The notes under the pieces: model-generated
Database searches by the model: none
Seen by the model: only the letters and a program-made list of their open reading frames with translations
Told to the model about the DNA's origin: nothing
Translations under genes and position numbers: made by a program
Shown: one piece after another, positions 59,066 to 64,000 of the stretch
How positions within the stretch are numbered: the first letter of the stretch is position 1
How the letters are laid out: each line of letters starts with the position of its first letter
Source: Candidatus Caldarchaeales archaeon
Lineage (GTDB): Archaea > Thermoproteota > Nitrososphaeria_A > Caldarchaeales > Calditenuaceae
Length of the DNA stretch: 64,000 nt
Direction: 5' to 3'
Assembly: GCA_039630085.1 (NCBI GenBank)
Contig: JBCNVM010000006.1
Location: 17,967-81,966, forward strand

Positions 59066-60060
59066 GGGACGGCGGCCCGATAGTCGGGGAGCACAGGTTC
59101 ATCTTCGTAGGAGGAAAGGGAGGCGTCGGGAAGACGGTCCTCGCGGCCGCGCTGGCGTACGACGCGACGCTCCACGGCAGAAGGGTGCTGCTGGCGAGCC
59201 TTAACCCGGTCCACTCCCTCACGAGCCTCTTCGGCCAGAACCTCACGGGCGGAAAGCTGGCGAAGATCGAGGGCGTCGAGGGCTTGGACGCGATCGAGGT
59301 CGAGATAGAGGACCTGGTCCGGGACTACAAGGCCAAGATGACCGCGAGGCTGAGGGAGTTCTTCAGGTGGGCGGAGGTCCCCATCAACGCCGATCCCTTC
59401 ATAGAGGTCGCGACGACCAACCCCGCGTTCCACGAGTCCGCGATGTTCGACCGCGTGATGGACCTCATCCTCGAGGCGGGCGGGAAGTACGACCTAGTGG
59501 TCTTCGACACGGCCGCGGTCGCCAACGCGGTGAGGCTGATCGGGCTCAGCAAGCTCTACGGCCTCTGGCTCGCGAGGATGATCCAGTCGAGGAGGGAGGC
59601 GCAGCAGTTCAGGCTCAGCCTCTCCTTCAGGAAGGAGAAGGTGATGGAGGAGATCAAGAGGGACCCGGTGATCGCGGACCTCATCGCCCTCCACGAGAAG
59701 TTCACGAAGACCAGGGAGGTCATAACGGACCCGAAGCTCACAGGGTTCTACTTCGTCACGACCCCCGAGTCGCTGCCCATCTCCGTCGTTGTGAGGTTCA
59801 TCAGGATGGTCGAGGCCTTCAACATTCCTGTGGGAGGCGTCTTCGTCAACAACGTGATCGACGCCACCGAAGCTTCCTCCGACCCCTCCGGGTATCTGGC
59901 CGCGAAGGTGGAGGAGCAGCGCAGGTACCTCAGGCTGATCGCGGATCAGATGGGCGAAAAGGTGAGGGGCTACGTGAGGTCGTTCCCGAGCGAGGTCAGG
60001 GGCGTCGATGCCCTGAGGGCCGTCGTCGAGGACCTGCGGGGCTATAGACCGGGGTTCTGA
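59059..60060 (+). CDS. ArsA/GET3-family ATPase 2 (degenerate switch motifs)
   Basis: GKGGVGKT, SLNPVHSL, FDTAAVAN, PESLP. Confidence 0.9.
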   Translation: MVRDGGPIVGEHRFIFVGGKGGVGKTVLAAALAYDATLHGRRVLLASLNPVHSLTSLFGQNLTGGKLAKIEGVEGLDAIEVEIEDLVRDYKAKMTARLREFFRWAEVPINADPFIEVATTNPAFHESAMFDRVMDLILEAGGKYDLVVFDTAAVANAVRLIGLSKLYGLWLARMIQSRREAQQFRLSLSFRKEKVMEEIKRDPVIADLIALHEKFTKTREVITDPKLTGFYFVTTPESLPISVVVRFIRMVEAFNIPVGGVFVNNVIDATEASSDPSGYLAAKVEEQRRYLRLIADQMGEKVRGYVRSFPSEVRGVDALRAVVEDLRGYRPGF

Positions 60061-60077
60061 CCTAGGCTCTGAGTGGC

Positions 60078-60548
60078 TTGAGGAGGAACAGGTTCGAGCT
60101 CTTCACCGGCAACATCGTCATCGGGACTTACAAGTTCCTCACGCTGGTCCTGCCCGAGGGCTGGGCGGTCCAGAGGAGCAGGGCGCCCTCGGACATCTAC
60201 TACACCGGCGTCGTCCAGGGGAAGGGCTGGGTGACGGAGGGCTACGCGCATTATTACATCACGAACCTCGTGACCGGCGAGCGTTACGACCTCCTCGTCG
60301 AGGTCAAGAAGGGGACGAAGGGCGTGGACCTCACTGGACAGTCGGAGCTCACGACGTTCTCCGGGCACTCCGCCTCCGTCAGCAGGAGGGTCTACGCCGC
60401 CGGCCTCTTCAGGAAGAGGGAGGTCAGGGAGGTCACGATCAGGACCGTCTGCGAGCTGACCTCGAGGACCATCTCGATCCAGATCAGCTCTCAGGAGGAC
60501 CTGCCGAAGGAGGTCATGGAGGCCCTCACGGAGTCGGAGTGTCACTAG
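60078..60548 (+). CDS. hypothetical protein ending in Cys-His
   Basis: 17 bp after ATPase 2, host codon usage, VCELT.RT and terminal SECH. Confidence 0.72.
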   Translation: MRRNRFELFTGNIVIGTYKFLTLVLPEGWAVQRSRAPSDIYYTGVVQGKGWVTEGYAHYYITNLVTGERYDLLVEVKKGTKGVDLTGQSELTTFSGHSASVSRRVYAAGLFRKREVREVTIRTVCELTSRTISIQISSQEDLPKEVMEALTESECH

Positions 60549-60600
60549 CTCCTGGGGTCCCGGAGGAACGGCTATTATCGGCTGGGCCGTCGGAGCGAAC

Positions 60601-61224
60601 GTGGAGGTCGACCCGCTGTACGTCGTCGCGGGCATCGCGGTCCTCCTGATAGCCCTCTCGATCGCGGGGAACGTGGTGGGCAAGAGGAGGGTCGACGCGG
60701 CGGTGACGGCGGTGATGGAAGCGGTCAGGTCGCTGGGCGGCGAGCTGAAGCTCGTCGGTAGGACCTCCTCCGCTGCGCTCATGAAGGGGTCCGGGCTCAA
60801 GCCGATGAAGGAGTTCTCGGTCATGATAGGCCTGGTCCCGAGGGGTAGCCCCCTCGCCCTCTTGGTCGCGAAGCTCGCCGGCAGGAAGGACCTCGTGATG
60901 ATCAGGGGCGCCCTCGAGAGCGAGCCGCCGAGGAACGTCGCGGTCTTCGCGAAGGGCGCGGGCGTCGAGAGGCACGCGAGGAGGTGGGGGAAGGAGGTGA
61001 GGGACTTGGGAGGGCTGGTCGTCGCCTACGACGGCGGGGACCTTCAGCTCGACCCCTCGAAGCTGGAGCCGCTCCGGAGCACAGGCGCGATAATGCTGGC
61101 CCTCCGCGACCACCTCCCCCACGTCTACGCCTACATCAGCCTCGAGTCCGACTTCAGGTCCTCCCTCTCCGCGGTCCTGATCGGGCTCGCCGAGCTCCAG
61201 AGGGCGGCGAGTCGAGGGACCTAA
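60601..61224 (+). CDS. single-pass membrane hypothetical protein
   Basis: N-terminal TM helix followed by a basic stretch. Confidence 0.7.
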   Translation: MEVDPLYVVAGIAVLLIALSIAGNVVGKRRVDAAVTAVMEAVRSLGGELKLVGRTSSAALMKGSGLKPMKEFSVMIGLVPRGSPLALLVAKLAGRKDLVMIRGALESEPPRNVAVFAKGAGVERHARRWGKEVRDLGGLVVAYDGGDLQLDPSKLEPLRSTGAIMLALRDHLPHVYAYISLESDFRSSLSAVLIGLAELQRAASRGT

Positions 61225-61272
61225 AGGCCCGTTCCAAAAGCCTTATCACCGATCCAGTGCGTGAGACGGCGG

Positions 61273-61695
61273 ATGGCGGGCCCGATCCGGCTCAAAGTCG
61301 TCCTGCTCGACGTCTATCCGACCCAACTCGGCCACTGTCCGCACTACAACCTGGTATCGTCGCAGATGATGGCGGCGGGCTCAGAGTTCTGCGAGCTCTC
61401 CTCCCAAGCCCTCGAGTACCCGGAGGAGGTCATCGAGAGCCACAGGAGGGCCCTCGCGGTCTTGAACGCCCTGAGGAGGGACCTCGACGGCCTGAGCGCC
61501 GACGTGGAGGTCGAGATGGTCGACGCGCTCTCCCCCAGGGGCTTCCTGCTCTCACTCAGGTACGGCGTGAAGGGCAAATTCGCGGTCGTCGTCAACGGGA
61601 AGAAGGTCTACGACGGCGAGCCCGAGATGGGCGCGGTCGAGAGGGCCCTGCACGGGCACGTCTCGGAGCTTCTGAGCTCGAAGGGACGGGTCTGA
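61273..61695 (+). CDS. hypothetical thioredoxin/glutaredoxin-like protein
   Basis: HCPHY, and YGV....AVVVNGKKVYDG resembling the thioredoxin C-terminal hairpin. Confidence 0.6.
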   Translation: MAGPIRLKVVLLDVYPTQLGHCPHYNLVSSQMMAAGSEFCELSSQALEYPEEVIESHRRALAVLNALRRDLDGLSADVEVEMVDALSPRGFLLSLRYGVKGKFAVVVNGKKVYDGEPEMGAVERALHGHVSELLSSKGRV

Positions 61696-61792
61696 GGCCC
61701 GGTCCGGGCTTATCCGACGAAGCGCGAGTCGAGTGCTTCGGCTGACCGTCGTGAAGACGGAATACACCCGGCAGAGCGCGAAGGCGTTCCGG

Positions 61793-62806
61793 TTACCCGT
61801 AGGTCCTCACGACCTTCAACCAGTCCCTCATCCTGATCTTCATCCCGTACCGCTTCTCCCTCAGCTTCATGTGGACGAAGATCGAGATCAGCAGCCAGAC
61901 GTCGGGTATCGTCCGGTACTCCCTCCTGAACTTCTTCCTGATGAACTGGAACGCGTGATAGTAGGGCTTGAAGAACGACTTCAGGGCCTCCTCGTACTCA
62001 CCGAGCCTCGACTCCGAGAGCAGCCTCGTGAACATCTCCGCACTCTGCATCCCGGGGATTATGCCTTCGCCCAGGACCGGGTAGACCGTGCCGACGCTCT
62101 CTCCCACCCCGATGACCTTGCCCTCCCTCACCGGCATGGCCAAGTGCGGAGGGGTGATCCTCACGGGCCTCCCGACCGTCGCGAGGACCTCGCCCTCGTG
62201 TCTCGAGATGAACTCGTTCAGGACCTGAACGTGCCGCTTGTAGTAGTCGCCGGCCCCGACGTGGGCCAGTCCGTCGCCGAGAGGGAAGTACCACAGGTAT
62301 CCGGAGAGGGGCTTGAGGGGCCTGACGTAGAAGTCGTCTAGGGGCGGGTCCCTGTACCTCACGAGGTACTCCAGGCTCGGGATGAAGTAGTCCCTCTCGA
62401 GCCTCGGGAGAAGGGTCCTGTGGAACCCCGTCGCGTCCACCACCAGGTCGCCGTCGGGCCGGTCCGTCCTCCTCACCTCCGAGCCGTACAGCACCCTGAT
62501 CCGTTTGTGTAGGTCCAGTATCAGCCTCCTCGTGTCGAAGGTGCAGAGGCCCTTGAGGGGGACCTCGACCGCTCCGTGCCCCAAGTCGACGGTCATCTTC
62601 TTCCCGACGTGGAGCACGTACTCGTCGAACTCCACGTCCACCGCCTCGAGGAGCCTACGCATCTCGTGGTAGCTCGTCCCCCACGCGCAGACGGCCCTGA
62701 ACTCCTCCGGCCTCTGCCTCTCGAGGACGACGACCTCGTGTTCTCCGGACAGCAGGTTAGCGAGGTAGCTGCCCACGATCCCGCCCCCCGCTATCGTGAT
62801 CCTCAT
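61793..62806 (-). CDS. FAD-dependent oxidoreductase, geranylgeranyl reductase-like
   Basis: IAGGGIVG, CAWG, DATG, GYLWYFP, GES.G.V.P..GEGI. Confidence 0.85.
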   Translation of the reverse strand: MRITIAGGGIVGSYLANLLSGEHEVVVLERQRPEEFRAVCAWGTSYHEMRRLLEAVDVEFDEYVLHVGKKMTVDLGHGAVEVPLKGLCTFDTRRLILDLHKRIRVLYGSEVRRTDRPDGDLVVDATGFHRTLLPRLERDYFIPSLEYLVRYRDPPLDDFYVRPLKPLSGYLWYFPLGDGLAHVGAGDYYKRHVQVLNEFISRHEGEVLATVGRPVRITPPHLAMPVREGKVIGVGESVGTVYPVLGEGIIPGMQSAEMFTRLLSESRLGEYEEALKSFFKPYYHAFQFIRKKFRREYRTIPDVWLLISIFVHMKLREKRYGMKIRMRDWLKVVRTYG

Positions 62807-62896
62807 CCGGCCGAGATTGAGCCGCGGCGGTTTTTATGAGTGATACCTCAACAAGGGGTCCGAAATGTGGCGTCGGCGTCCTCGCTCTGCCGCAGC

Positions 62897-63565
62897 TCAG
62901 CGGCCGTTCATCATCGTCGTGATCAACCTCGAGACCTCGCGGAAGTCGTTCGCTACGAAGTGGGGCCTCGCGGTCCTGACGTCCTCGGGCTTAGCCAAAC
63001 CTCCGAGCACCAGAATGACAGGGATGCCTATCGACCGGGCCGCGAGCACGTCGACCACCGAGTCCCCCACGTACAGGGACCCGTTGATCGTGGAGCCGCA
63101 GAGCCTTATCGCCCTCAGGAGCATGATGGGGTCGGGCTTCATAGCCATCACGTCGTCCCTCGAGACCACGCACCTCACGAACTTCAGGACTCCGGCCATC
63201 TCCAGCGTCCTCAGGGCCGCCTCCCTCGAGTTGTTCGTCGCGACCGCGATCTTGATGGACCCGTTCAGCCTCTCGAGCTCCTCCCTGACCCATTCCCTCG
63301 GGACGGCCCGCTCCGCGGCTGAGAGCTCGTAGCGCTTGAAGGTCGCGTCGATCACCCTCATCACCTCGCCCTCGACCCCGGGTCCGTTCAGCTCGAGGAC
63401 CTCCCTGAGGATGACCGAGAGGGGCCTGGTCAGGTCGACGCGCTCCGGCACCCTGAGCCCCATCTCGATCAACCTCCTGACGCTCTCGTCCTTGGCCCTC
63501 GCGATCCACTCGTGCGGGAACTCGACGACCGTCCCGTCGAGGTCGAGCATCAGGCAGTCGAGCAT
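62897..63565 (-). CDS. HAD-family hydrolase (phosphoglycolate phosphatase-like)
   Basis: DLDGT, TNN, KPDP, GDSVVD. Confidence 0.9.
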   Translation of the reverse strand: MLDCLMLDLDGTVVEFPHEWIARAKDESVRRLIEMGLRVPERVDLTRPLSVILREVLELNGPGVEGEVMRVIDATFKRYELSAAERAVPREWVREELERLNGSIKIAVATNNSREAALRTLEMAGVLKFVRCVVSRDDVMAMKPDPIMLLRAIRLCGSTINGSLYVGDSVVDVLAARSIGIPVILVLGGLAKPEDVRTARPHFVANDFREVSRLITTMMNGR

Positions 63566-63626
63566 TCCTCGCGGCCTTCGCGATCGGGCTCCGTAAATGT
63601 GTAACTTCACGCGTCGTGTGCGTCGA

Positions 63627-63656
63627 TGCGGGGGGTGGGATTCGAACCCACGAACC
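63627..63656 (-). mobile_element. att-like 30-bp copy of the tRNA-Leu 3' end; probable left border of an integrated element
   Basis: tgcggggggtgggattcgaacccacgaacc is identical to 51771-51800; lower-GC sequence begins immediately to its right. Confidence 0.72.
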
Positions 63657-63784
63657 ATAATTTGCAATTGTGAGACGTTTTGCCACCCCTTCCAAATAAC
63701 CGAGTGACAGACATGTATTCGAGGATGATATGAGATGAAGGGGGATGAACGGGTAAAGGGGAGAGAGCTGGAGGGGGGAGGGAT

Positions 63785-64000
63785 TCAGCTGATTGCCATC
63801 GGCATCTTCGAGATGTCCCTCGCGTGCAGCTCGCCCTCAACGCTCTCCGGAGTTATCATGAGTGAGACCTCTTCATTGGCGTTCTCTTGAGGTGCGCCCG
63901 TCACCTCTTTCCCGGCTTTTTCTTCCTCGACCGCCTCCTCCTCAACCGCAACGATGACCTCCTCCTCAACGACCTCCTCGCCGTTCTCGGTCAGCCGCCG
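63785..64000 (-). CDS. acidic C-terminus of a gene entering from the right edge
   Basis: Open frame RRLTENGEEVVEEEVIVAVEEEAVEEEK...MPMAIS*, followed by a pyrimidine-rich tract. Confidence 0.5.
   Translation of the reverse strand, partial: RRLTENGEEVVEEEVIVAVEEEAVEEEKAGKEVTGAPQENANEEVSLMITPESVEGELHARDISKMPMAIS

Noticed and set aside
58073-60060. Arsenic-resistance operon
   Set aside because: No metalloid-binding Cys residues and no arsB, acr3, arsC, arsD or arsR in the window
51801-63626. A 12-kb integrated element between the two identical 30-bp tRNA-Leu ends
   Set aside because: Wrong geometry (the fragment is upstream of the intact tRNA), the interval carries argS and tRNAs at host GC, and it has no integrase
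1-64000. CRISPR array, rRNA, transposase or integrase
   Set aside because: No regularly spaced repeats, rRNA-like stretch or recombinase motifs were seen

Overview
A high-GC archaeal chromosome segment from the TACK group. Crenactin, aCPSF1, a single-OB-fold SSB and BHB tRNA introns point to an Aigarchaeota/Caldarchaeales-like thermophile; the taxon is inferred. Most of the window is housekeeping or metabolic: crenactin, endonuclease Q, aCPSF1, topo VI A, Nfo, ilvB-leuA, argG, a xanthine-dehydrogenase-family trio with an amidohydrolase, nicotinamidase/pncB, NurA-HerA, stomatin-NfeD, SSB, Mrp, MoaE, citramalate synthase, a P-type ATPase, SBDS, ABCE1 and ArgRS. Region 48.5-55.6 kb is tRNA-rich and accessory. 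It holds a two-intron tRNA-Leu, tRNA-Ala, an intron-containing tRNA-Arg, decayed tRNA copies, MNT-HEPN pairs and a Panacea-HicB fusion with HicA. The best candidate for an undescribed system is 55987-61695: a divergent CstA-family transporter, a small membrane protein, two ArsA/GET3-like ATPases without metalloid cysteines (the second with the hydrolysis-dead switch I D-to-N change) and three uncharacterised genes. Other signals are a Leu-Leu-Leu leader ORF abutting leuA, apparent ATC/CTG start codons, and a tRNA-Leu att site at the right edge. Family calls come from motif recognition only; no database searches were run.
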